Source of the DNA: Nitrospirota bacterium
Lineage (GTDB): Bacteria; Nitrospirota; JACRHJ01
DNA length: 64,000 bases
Assembly (NCBI GenBank): GCA_021784575.1
Contig: JAJYHX010000001.1
Coordinates: forward strand, 413,917 to 477,916
Direction: 5' to 3'
Below are positions 37,682 to 46,189 of this stretch, piece after piece. Position numbers and translations under genes: made by a program. Below the pieces are notes generated by a model. The model was given only the letters and a program-made list of their open reading frames with translations. It did not search any database and had not been told where the DNA came from. Numbering within the stretch: position 1 is the stretch's first letter; every line of letters starts with the position of its first letter.

Positions 37682-40609
37682 ATGAAAAGATTATTAACGG
37701 TTCTAATCGCGGCGGCGGTGGTGCTTACGGCCTACCCGGCGTTCGCGATGATTCTCGGGTCGCCGCACGACTTCACTGGGCAGGCAGGCGCCGGCACCTA
37801 CGTTTACGGCACCTGCGATACATGCCACGTGCCGCACGCCGCGAAAGAGAGAAAACGTTTGTGGAATAACGTCACCGGCATTACAATAGGAGGCACCCCT
37901 TGGGGCAGCACCACGAAGGGCATAGGCCTTCTCTGCGGAAGCTGCCACTATGGAAACGCTTTTACGGTCGCGAACATTGGAGGCAGGCCGGCTGACAATA
38001 TGGCCAATCTTGCCTATGCCGCCACCTCTCACGGCGACAACCTGGGTGTCCTCGAAGGAACCGCCGCGGGCGACCTCAACGACACCGCTGGCGCCGCGCC
38101 CGACGCGACCCTGCCTTACACCCAGACCGCATCGAACACCATCGAATGCACCTCGTGCCACAACCCGCACCAGGACGGCGGCCCGGGCGGCGAAGCCAGT
38201 CCAAGCACCGGCATCAGGCCGTTCCTTCGCGCCGATACCGGCGTCACCGACATTTCCGATTTCTGCGCCGAGTGTCATAAGTCGAGGGTAAACAACCCGG
38301 TCAATTCCCTCAGCACAAACGACTACCAGAACGGCGACCCGACAGGCGCAGCGACGGCTTCAATGTCGGACTTTACCAGGAACCACCCGGTAAATGTTCT
38401 GTATGGCGACGACCCATCTAACGGCATCGGCTGGTTCAAGAACCAGCCTGCCGGCGGCCCGCTCACGACCGTCGTCTACGGCAAAAATGCGACCAACAAC
38501 GCCCTCATCGGCTGGTCCCTGGGCGGCAAGATGCAGAACACCGACGGCAGCATTCCGTCAACCGCATATACTGAAAACGCCGGCAGTACTCCCGATGCAA
38601 ATAACGTATTGGGCGGCACGAGCCAGGGAGCGCAGCAAATAGGCTGCATGACCTGCCACTCCATACACAAGCCTGGCGACAGCAACGGGTATGTAGGGTC
38701 TGACGCGGGTCTGAGCACCGGAACCGGTAGCTATCAGGCTCTCTGGCTTCTTGCGGTGGGCAACAGCGGCCAGGGCGGCGATTACAGGTCTGACCTCTGC
38801 GAGACCTGCCACGGCCAGGCTATTTCGACAAGCGCCACCACCTGGGATACGAGGGCGGGCGGCGTTGCGCCGAGCACCACTGGAGGCTATGACCACCCGA
38901 TAGACGGCCCGATTGCCGGCACATATCTCACCACCTTCATCACCGCATGGTCTATGGAGACAAACGGCAATACCACTTTCGGCCTTAACAGCCTCCGCAC
39001 CAGGGCCGAGCGCGTGCCGGCCGGCACATCTGCCACATGGCCCGCGGGCAACATGGGGTCTGCCACGCCCCAGATTATTTGCACCTCCTGCCACAGCGCC
39101 CATCATGCCGGGTCAAGGCTGAGGAGGATGAATGGTGATGTGAATGACTGGTGCAAGTCCTGCCATCCGTCGGTATCTCCGCTCGGGCATCACTCCAATC
39201 ACGCGAACGACTACCTTTCGGTGCTCGTGTGCTCAAACTGTCATACCGATGTGCCGGCTCTGAGCGGCGGCACGTATACTGTAAATGGGGTCGCTGAGAC
39301 CTCGTCAGGCCTGGCCCATAACGGCTTCGTCTACTATAACCTTGGCGGCGACAATATGGGCTCCACCCCGCTTGCCACCAATACAAATGGTGTGACTGTT
39401 TCCGAACCGTCTACGCAGTTGGCCAATGGATCCGGCTGTTCCTACTGCCATGCTATCGCGAAGGAACAAATAACATATCCGAATACTCAGAGTGCTACTA
39501 ATCCCGGTTATGCGGTGCCGCCGGTAAACAGGCTGGGCGACGTGACTAATTCGTATCAGGTGAACCACTACCTCGGCCAGTTTGACACCAACGCCAAGTC
39601 TGGTGTATCCATAAACGTCAAGACCGGGGCCTGGAACAGCTACCAGATGCTCCCGAACCACAAGGGCGAGCAAAGGGACTACTCCAAGTTCGGCAATTCC
39701 ACCGGCATCGGGAAGCGCGCAGCCGGCTGGTTACTCACCTGCGAGTCCTGCCATTCGATACTCGGCAACATAGGCAGGGAGGCGCCGGGACAAGGAGCGC
39801 CGATACTCGCCGGCATATCGTCCGGATGGGAGAACAACCTGCTCCTGGAGGACTACCAGGACGACAGCTACTACGGCAATGGAGCGGCAAGCGATCCTAC
39901 GTCCACCACAGCGACTGCTGGTGTAAACGCCGGCAACGGGATCACCTGGGCGACCCAGGCGAACGCCCTGAGCGTCGGTTCCGGTCTGTGCATAGCCTGT
40001 CATAATCAGGGCGGCGCACAGTACAACCAGGGCGCGGCCAACGGCACGGTGCCGGACTACGCAATTCAGGATCCTACGGTTGCGCCTCTGAACATGCACC
40101 CGATGACCGGATGGTCGATAACCAGGGCTCAGGACGCGGGCAGGACAACCGGTAACGGTTTCTTCCTGACCACGGACCAGGATGGGACAACCGATGACCT
40201 TTCTTACGCCAACAACCCGCAGCTTACTACCGGAGGCGCTTATGGGACGACTGGCGCTCCGGCGAAGAAGACCGGCGGATCGGTCGGGCTTGGCGCGGGT
40301 GAGGGCGCGGTATCCTATCCCGTAACTCCGGGCTCGTTGCATACGTCGAACGGCGATCCCCTTACATACTCTGGCGCTATGGACTGCGACAGCTGCCACA
40401 GGCCGCACAACGCGCCTTCCGGCGCCTGGTTGCCCGCGTCCGAAATAAAGACGCGCACACTCAGCAGCAGCGCCATCGGGAACGGCGCAGTCGATACCAC
40501 GGTGACAGGGGCTGTGGGTGTGCCGGTTATACTTGAGTACGCTAATACCGCTCAGGGTACCACCGCTGACAATACCGGGACCCTGTGCGAGCAGTGTCAC
40601 AGCTATTAG
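37682..40609 (+). CDS. Secreted multiheme c-type cytochrome, 975 aa, 14 CXXCH motifs arranged as paired (doubled-CXXCH) units, Gly/Thr/Ser/Asn-rich (cytochrome A)
   Basis: Signal peptide MKRLLTVLIAAAVVLTAYPAFA. Haem motifs CDTCH, CGSCH, CTSCH, CAECH, CMTCH, CETCH, CTSCH, CKSCH, CSNCH, CSYCH, CESCH, CIACH, CDSCH, CEQCH. Recurrent CxxCHxPH(xx) context as in TIGR01905 paired-CXXCH domains. N-terminal GSPHDF motif shared with cytochrome B. Confidence 0.75.
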   Translation: MKRLLTVLIAAAVVLTAYPAFAMILGSPHDFTGQAGAGTYVYGTCDTCHVPHAAKERKRLWNNVTGITIGGTPWGSTTKGIGLLCGSCHYGNAFTVANIGGRPADNMANLAYAATSHGDNLGVLEGTAAGDLNDTAGAAPDATLPYTQTASNTIECTSCHNPHQDGGPGGEASPSTGIRPFLRADTGVTDISDFCAECHKSRVNNPVNSLSTNDYQNGDPTGAATASMSDFTRNHPVNVLYGDDPSNGIGWFKNQPAGGPLTTVVYGKNATNNALIGWSLGGKMQNTDGSIPSTAYTENAGSTPDANNVLGGTSQGAQQIGCMTCHSIHKPGDSNGYVGSDAGLSTGTGSYQALWLLAVGNSGQGGDYRSDLCETCHGQAISTSATTWDTRAGGVAPSTTGGYDHPIDGPIAGTYLTTFITAWSMETNGNTTFGLNSLRTRAERVPAGTSATWPAGNMGSATPQIICTSCHSAHHAGSRLRRMNGDVNDWCKSCHPSVSPLGHHSNHANDYLSVLVCSNCHTDVPALSGGTYTVNGVAETSSGLAHNGFVYYNLGGDNMGSTPLATNTNGVTVSEPSTQLANGSGCSYCHAIAKEQITYPNTQSATNPGYAVPPVNRLGDVTNSYQVNHYLGQFDTNAKSGVSINVKTGAWNSYQMLPNHKGEQRDYSKFGNSTGIGKRAAGWLLTCESCHSILGNIGREAPGQGAPILAGISSGWENNLLLEDYQDDSYYGNGAASDPTSTTATAGVNAGNGITWATQANALSVGSGLCIACHNQGGAQYNQGAANGTVPDYAIQDPTVAPLNMHPMTGWSITRAQDAGRTTGNGFFLTTDQDGTTDDLSYANNPQLTTGGAYGTTGAPAKKTGGSVGLGAGEGAVSYPVTPGSLHTSNGDPLTYSGAMDCDSCHRPHNAPSGAWLPASEIKTRTLSSSAIGNGAVDTTVTGAVGVPVILEYANTAQGTTADNTGTLCEQCHSY

Positions 40610-40640
40610 TGGGTTGTGCCGGAAACTGACAACCATGACG

Positions 40641-40671
40641 AAAGGAGGGCCGCATGGCCCTCCTTTTTTTA
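40641..40671 (+). terminator. Rho-independent terminator after cytochrome A
   Basis: aggagggcc-gcat-ggccctcct followed by TTTTTTT. Confidence 0.75.
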
Positions 40672-40684
40672 AGGACGCAAAGGG

Positions 40685-40713
40685 CACGTCCTGATTGACT
40701 TGCGGAGCATTCT
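40685..40713 (+). promoter_or_regulatory. Near-consensus sigma-70 promoter upstream of the PPIase gene (TTGACT-17 nt-TATTAT)
   Basis: ttgacttgcggagcattctcctgtattat; -35 at 40685..40690, -10 at 40708..40713. Confidence 0.5.
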
Positions 40714-40817
40714 CCTGTATTATACCTAAGGCAAATTGCCGTTATTCCGGAAAGCGTTATGGGGAAGCGGCGTACCGGAGTTGGTTGATTAAAACAGCGT
40801 TTTGGAGGTTTTAAAAA

Positions 40818-42398
40818 ATGCGTCTCCCTGACAGAAAAAAATGGCTGACGGCGCTCCTGGCCGGATTGGTGATTTTGTCCGCTTTGAGCCAGGGCTGCGT
40901 CAGAACCCGACATTTCGGCAAGGGAGTGCTGGCGACCATCGATAATCAACCGCTTACCGTGGAAGAGTATAAAATCGTTGTCGGGAGGATACCGACGGAT
41001 TTCAAGAAAAGAAAGCGCAGGCTTCAGCAGATGATAAGCACGAGGCTCCTTGCGGAAGAGGCGCTTGCGAAAGGCTATCTCGGGACGTCCGCGGTTTACT
41101 GGGGCATGCAGAGGTTTTATTACTTCAGGCTGCCCGAACTGTTAAAGTGGGATGTCTACAATAAAATCAAGGTGGACAAGAACAAGCTGGACGCCATAAG
41201 AAAGGCAATGAATCTCCAGACGGTGGTGCATGTCAAGATGCTTGTCGCGCCGACGATAGGGAGGGCGCAGGCGGCGCTTAGCGACCTCGAAAAAGGCGAG
41301 AAATTTGAAGACGTGGCGGCAAAGTATACGGTCGTGAAGTCGGATGTCAGGCACGAGATAAGCCTCGACGATTCTCTTTATCCCATCGGGGTCAGGGCGA
41401 TATTAAACCGCACGAAACCCGGCCAGCTCACGCCGCCGATGAAGCTTGACATCGGCTACGCCGTGATGCAGGTGCAGTCGAAAGACGACCCGGCCGCCGT
41501 ATGGAAGTCCGTGGAAGACAGAATGGCGGGGAACCTGAAACAACAGGAAATGAAAAAAGAGATGGCGGATATACTTGCCCGGCTTCGTTCCACCGCCAAG
41601 ATAAAGATATATTCACAGAAGAACAAGCAAGGACAGACAATATATACCGGCGCGGAGGTCAACGGCATAAATATAAACATGAACCCGCGCCTCTTCAAGC
41701 GGCAGAACAACCCTCATTTCGCGCACACGATGATGAACGCCCAGACACTGATGGCAGCGCTCAACGAAAGAATCAACGACATACTTTACACCGAGGAGGC
41801 GAAGGCGCGCGGCCTCCAGTACAACCCAAGGTTCAGGGAAGACGTGCGGCTGAAGAGGGAGGAGGTGCTTGCGGATTGTTACCTTGAGGCGATGGTAGGA
41901 AACAATACCGCAACTCCGCAGGATATAGAGAACTATTACGAAAAATATAAAAAGAGACACGAACAGAACCGGCTTGCGCGCATAAGCCACATACTGCTTC
42001 CGAGCGAGAGCCAGGCGGAGACGGTTCTCTCAGAATTGAAAAAAGGAAAGGATTTCGCCCGGCTTGCAAAAGAAATGTCGCTCGACCTGCCGACAAAAAA
42101 CGCCGGCGGCGTTGTCGGTTTTATCGATCCGAAAACCCTGAAGGAACCGATGAAGAGCGTTATCATGGGAATGAAGCCCGGAGAGATAAGCGGGATTGTA
42201 AAAGGCCCGGCTGGGTACGAAATAGTGAAGGTGACCGAGTGGAAAAACGAGATCGTGCCGCCGCTTTCCGAGATAAAGGACGAGATGACAAACAGGGTAC
42301 TCTTGAACAAGCGCTCGGACAAAGTGACGGCGCTTTATAAGGTGGTTTACGCAAAGCACAAGGTCGAAATAAACGAGCAGCTTCTAAAGTCGCTGTAA
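40818..42398 (+). CDS. Periplasmic parvulin-type peptidyl-prolyl cis-trans isomerase (SurA/PrsA/PpiD-like chaperone), probable lipoprotein
   Basis: 526 aa; signal plus Cys (LVILSALSQGC); SurA-N-like region; PpiC rotamase domain (ARISHILLPSESQAETVLSELKKGKDFARLAKEMS...GGVVGFI). Confidence 0.65.
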   Translation: MRLPDRKKWLTALLAGLVILSALSQGCVRTRHFGKGVLATIDNQPLTVEEYKIVVGRIPTDFKKRKRRLQQMISTRLLAEEALAKGYLGTSAVYWGMQRFYYFRLPELLKWDVYNKIKVDKNKLDAIRKAMNLQTVVHVKMLVAPTIGRAQAALSDLEKGEKFEDVAAKYTVVKSDVRHEISLDDSLYPIGVRAILNRTKPGQLTPPMKLDIGYAVMQVQSKDDPAAVWKSVEDRMAGNLKQQEMKKEMADILARLRSTAKIKIYSQKNKQGQTIYTGAEVNGININMNPRLFKRQNNPHFAHTMMNAQTLMAALNERINDILYTEEAKARGLQYNPRFREDVRLKREEVLADCYLEAMVGNNTATPQDIENYYEKYKKRHEQNRLARISHILLPSESQAETVLSELKKGKDFARLAKEMSLDLPTKNAGGVVGFIDPKTLKEPMKSVIMGMKPGEISGIVKGPAGYEIVKVTEWKNEIVPPLSEIKDEMTNRVLLNKRSDKVTALYKVVYAKHKVEINEQLLKSL

Positions 42399-42423
42399 CA
42401 TCAGCACCGAGGTTTACGCACTA

Positions 42424-44052
42424 ATGGGTAGTAAGATGTTCACGAGAAACAAGCTGGTTGCCTTGGCGGCGGCTTCGCTTCTCTTTATTCTAAGTGTTGT
42501 TGCCGCATTTCCCGCGCAGGACTCCGTCAAGCCTCCGATATGGGTTGGCATCTACATCGCCGCAGAGAAGGTGGGGCTTAAGTGGACGCCGGTCAAGGGC
42601 GCTGTACGGTATAAGATATACCGTTCCATTTCCAGCGGCGGCCAGTACAACCTCATCGCGTCAACTACGGACGACTCTTACATCGACCCCACGGTCCTCA
42701 TAGGGGAGACCTACTACTACGTCCTCAAGTCCGTCGGAGCCGGCAGCAAGGAATCGGGTTATTCCGAAGAGCGTTATATAAAGGTGCCGGTCGTCAAGGA
42801 GACCGTGCCCGTCCAGCCGCCGGAATGGGTTGGCGCGCTGGTGGGAAGAAGAAGGATAAGGCTCGCCTGGAATCCCTCCGCCTCGAAGGACGTCCTCGCA
42901 TATAACGTCTACAGGAGCGCCGACCCAACGAAGGGTTTTCAGCTCATCGGCTCCACTCAGGACACCAGCCTCACCGACACGGACATAAAAGAAGGCGAGA
43001 CATACTACTATGCCGTCTCCGCCCTGGATAGAAATTTCAGGGAGACAAAGCTCGGAAAGGTGCAGACCGTCCGGTATGCGCCTTCGGAGGGGAAACCGGG
43101 CGTCGGGGCCGTCCGGCCAGGCGCGTCCGAGATGCCGCCGCGGATTATACCGACAAGGCTGACTATCAGGCGCACCCGGCGGGTGGGATATATCCTGAGG
43201 TGGAAGAACCGCAGGCCGCTTTTTTCTCCGACGGATGTCGTCCTTGGCAAGGACGGGAAGATATACGTATCTGATACCGGCGACAGCATGATACAGGTCT
43301 TCAAGCCGGGAGGCGCCTTCATACGGTCCATCGGCAAGTTCGGGACAAAGCCTGGGCAGTTCGAGAAGCTCCTCGGCGTGGATGTCAACGACAAGGACGA
43401 AGTCCTCGCCGTTGACGCTTATACCGGCACGATACAGAAGTTCGACAAGAAGGGCCGTCTCATAATGTTCAAGAAGATGCTTGATGACAGCAAGGCCATC
43501 GCGCTTGACCTTGGACGCAAGAAGCCGGTGGAGGTCTTCGGCATAATAAAGGGCCTCTTCGCCCCGGACGGGAACCTGTACATAATCGACAACTTCAACG
43601 ACTGCGTCGAAATTTATTCGCCGACCGGCAAATATATAAAGACGTTCGGAGGCAAGGGAAGGCAGGACGGGAAGTTCCTGTCTCCCACCTTTGCCATATT
43701 CGGGAAAGACGGGCATCTCTACGTGTCCGATTGCATGAACGCGCGCGTCCAGGTGTTCGACAAGGACGGACACTTTCTGTGGAAGTTCGGCGGGTACGGA
43801 AATATCGCCGGGACATTCGGCAGGCCGAAGGGCATCTGCATCGACAAGGCCGGCAATATATACGTCTCGGATTCCATGTCCAACGCGATACAGGTGTTCG
43901 ACAGGCACGGCAGGTTCAAGTACGCCCTGGCGAACAGAATGGGCAAACAGATTGATATGGCCACTCCGAACGGTATAGCCATCGACAAAGACAAGCGCAT
44001 CTATATCGTCGAGAAGCTGGTGAACCGTATCCAGATCAGACAGGTCGAGTAG
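42424..44052 (+). CDS. Secreted NHL-repeat beta-propeller protein with two N-terminal FN3-like domains (paralog 2)
   Basis: Signal peptide; FN3 signatures (RYKIYRSISSGGQYNLIA...ETYYYVLKSV; YNVYRSADPTKGFQ...ETYYYAVSALD); NHL blades (GKIYVSDTGDSMIQVFKPGGAF, GNLYIIDNFNDCVEIYSPTGKYI, GHLYVSDCMNARVQVFDKDGHFL, GNIYVSDSMSNAIQVFDRHGRF, KRIYIVEKLVNRIQI). Confidence 0.7.
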   Translation: MGSKMFTRNKLVALAAASLLFILSVVAAFPAQDSVKPPIWVGIYIAAEKVGLKWTPVKGAVRYKIYRSISSGGQYNLIASTTDDSYIDPTVLIGETYYYVLKSVGAGSKESGYSEERYIKVPVVKETVPVQPPEWVGALVGRRRIRLAWNPSASKDVLAYNVYRSADPTKGFQLIGSTQDTSLTDTDIKEGETYYYAVSALDRNFRETKLGKVQTVRYAPSEGKPGVGAVRPGASEMPPRIIPTRLTIRRTRRVGYILRWKNRRPLFSPTDVVLGKDGKIYVSDTGDSMIQVFKPGGAFIRSIGKFGTKPGQFEKLLGVDVNDKDEVLAVDAYTGTIQKFDKKGRLIMFKKMLDDSKAIALDLGRKKPVEVFGIIKGLFAPDGNLYIIDNFNDCVEIYSPTGKYIKTFGGKGRQDGKFLSPTFAIFGKDGHLYVSDCMNARVQVFDKDGHFLWKFGGYGNIAGTFGRPKGICIDKAGNIYVSDSMSNAIQVFDRHGRFKYALANRMGKQIDMATPNGIAIDKDKRIYIVEKLVNRIQIRQVE

Positions 44053-44054
44053 CC

Positions 44055-46181
44055 GTGAAAAAGCTTGTTTTGATTCTTGCCGCAATAGTAAGCGTAATCG
44101 CCGCGAAAGAAGTTTTCGCGGGGGTTATCGGTTCTCCGCACGATATAGCCGCCCAGAAGTATGTTGTAGCCGGCGAGCAGCAGTGGACCAAGAACGTGTG
44201 CAACTACTGCCACGTTCCGCACAAGGCGAAGGGCGCGATGCTCTGGCCGACGCCTCCTCCGGCGCTCAAGGGCTGGGGCAGGGTAGGGCCTTTGTGTTAT
44301 TCCTGCCACGACGGCGTGGCGATTGTCTCTCCCTACGTGGATGCGTCCCAGACGGTTTTCAATCCGAAGAGCCACGGACTCAAGCTTGCAGACCTCCCGG
44401 CGGGCGACGACGCATCCGGCTCCGGCCTGCCGTATACCAACGGCAGCCAGGACCACATCGAATGCAGCACGTGCCATAATCCGCACGACGACACGCACAG
44501 GCCCTTCCTCCGGGTGGACATCAACCAGCTCTGCGAGAAGTGCCACAAGCACCGCGAGAACTCCGGCTACGGCATAAACAACGCCGAGGGAACCCATCCG
44601 GTTCACATGCCGCTTAAAGACCAGACTGGCGGCCGCATCCCGCTTGAGCCCATCAGCAGCTTCATGGTGCCGTTCCCGATGCCGTATCCAAAAGAGAACG
44701 GGAAAAACACGTACGGCGTGCACTGGACGCTTGGCGGGCATCTCTCGGATGGCTCAACCGGAACGGTGGAATGCACCACCTGCCACAGCATACACGGCAG
44801 ACTGCCCTCCGGGCCGTTCTACAAGCTTCTCAGCGTCGATCCTGTGAAGGACGACGCGGACAATTTCTGCGAGGGCTGCCACAGGGGCAAGAGAGCCGAC
44901 GGACTGCCGTCCCCGCCATATCCGAACCCGGGCGGCACGACAGCCCCGCTCAGTTATCATCCCGCCGACAACGACACCTGCAACGGCACGACCGACACGA
45001 CCAACGGCAGGATTGTGGCGATAAACGAGCCGGACGGATGGGTATTCGGCAAGCACGGAGAGGTTCTCTGCACGACCTGCCATGAACCGCACGGCGCCCG
45101 GAAAAACTCTCCGATACTGAGGCAGGACCCGGATTCGCCGACGTTCTGCGAGTCGTGCCACTCGGTTCCGTTCCCGCATCACCCGACCGGAGACCTCACC
45201 GGCAATTCAAACATAAATTCGGGCGACGCGCACGCCAGCACGAGAGAGATTGTAATACCCCCGTCCTTTCCCGCCGGGATCACGTACGGCGACCCGAAGC
45301 CCGGCTGGCTGTACTGCTCAAGCTGCCACAGGGCGCACAACGCCAACTGCACCCCGATTCTGGTAATAGACTGTCGAAACGGCACCGCCTGCGACATATG
45401 CACTATGTGTCATCCGAAGTACAACCCTACATGGCAGACTGACGACAACTGGAAGTCTACCCATTTCATGGGAGATCCGACGGCGTTTACAGTGCCCTAC
45501 ATAACATTGCAGGGCGATCTCGAAGGAACACAGCCGGGGTATTACGACCAGTATCCGCCCATGCACATAGGAAAATGGCCGGAATCGGGGCTGGAGTCGC
45601 AATACGGAGGGCCGAGCGGCAAAGAGATAACGTGCTGTTCGTGCCACAGCTTCGACGTGGGTAACATTACCGCCGGAAACGCCGACCAGTCTCCGTACCT
45701 TGGGCCGATACTCGCTCCCGGATACCAGCCGACTGACCTGGTTTCAGGGCTTCTTGCGAGGGCCGGCAGTTACAAGGAATGGCTGCCGAGCGACGTGCAG
45801 GATGTTATAATCGGCGGCAACCGCGGCACCGAACAGATAGTTGACAAATACCTCTGCACAGGCTGTCACGGCCTGACGCCGAGGACGGACGTGTCGTCGG
45901 GCTGGGAAGGCTTTACGCATCCCATGATGAATGCCGACGGCTCCACCCTGGCGAATATAATTGCGCCTGCCACCCTGACTTTCAACCAGCATGTAAACTG
46001 CGAGTCCTGCCATACCCCGCACGAAGCCGACAGCAGGGGCGGTTTCCTGATACTAAAGACTGCGGCCCTGAAAGACCCGATGGCAAACAGCGCGCCGCCG
46101 GATCCCTACCGCATCTACAAGGATCCGGTCAATTACATCGAGTTCGCGCCGCTTTGCGAACTCTGCCACATAGGATATTGA
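44055..46181 (+). CDS. Secreted multiheme c-type cytochrome, 708 aa, 14 CXXCH motifs in paired arrangement (cytochrome B)
   Basis: GTG start 3 nt after NHL2 stop; signal peptide MKKLVLILAAIVSVIAAKEVFA; GSPHDI motif; CNYCH, CYSCH, CSTCH, CEKCH, CTTCH, CEGCH, CTTCH, CESCH, CSSCH, CTMCH, CSCH(CCSCH), CTGCH, CESCH, CELCH. Confidence 0.75.
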   Translation: MKKLVLILAAIVSVIAAKEVFAGVIGSPHDIAAQKYVVAGEQQWTKNVCNYCHVPHKAKGAMLWPTPPPALKGWGRVGPLCYSCHDGVAIVSPYVDASQTVFNPKSHGLKLADLPAGDDASGSGLPYTNGSQDHIECSTCHNPHDDTHRPFLRVDINQLCEKCHKHRENSGYGINNAEGTHPVHMPLKDQTGGRIPLEPISSFMVPFPMPYPKENGKNTYGVHWTLGGHLSDGSTGTVECTTCHSIHGRLPSGPFYKLLSVDPVKDDADNFCEGCHRGKRADGLPSPPYPNPGGTTAPLSYHPADNDTCNGTTDTTNGRIVAINEPDGWVFGKHGEVLCTTCHEPHGARKNSPILRQDPDSPTFCESCHSVPFPHHPTGDLTGNSNINSGDAHASTREIVIPPSFPAGITYGDPKPGWLYCSSCHRAHNANCTPILVIDCRNGTACDICTMCHPKYNPTWQTDDNWKSTHFMGDPTAFTVPYITLQGDLEGTQPGYYDQYPPMHIGKWPESGLESQYGGPSGKEITCCSCHSFDVGNITAGNADQSPYLGPILAPGYQPTDLVSGLLARAGSYKEWLPSDVQDVIIGGNRGTEQIVDKYLCTGCHGLTPRTDVSSGWEGFTHPMMNADGSTLANIIAPATLTFNQHVNCESCHTPHEADSRGGFLILKTAALKDPMANSAPPDPYRIYKDPVNYIEFAPLCELCHIGY

Positions 46182-46189
46182 GGGATACA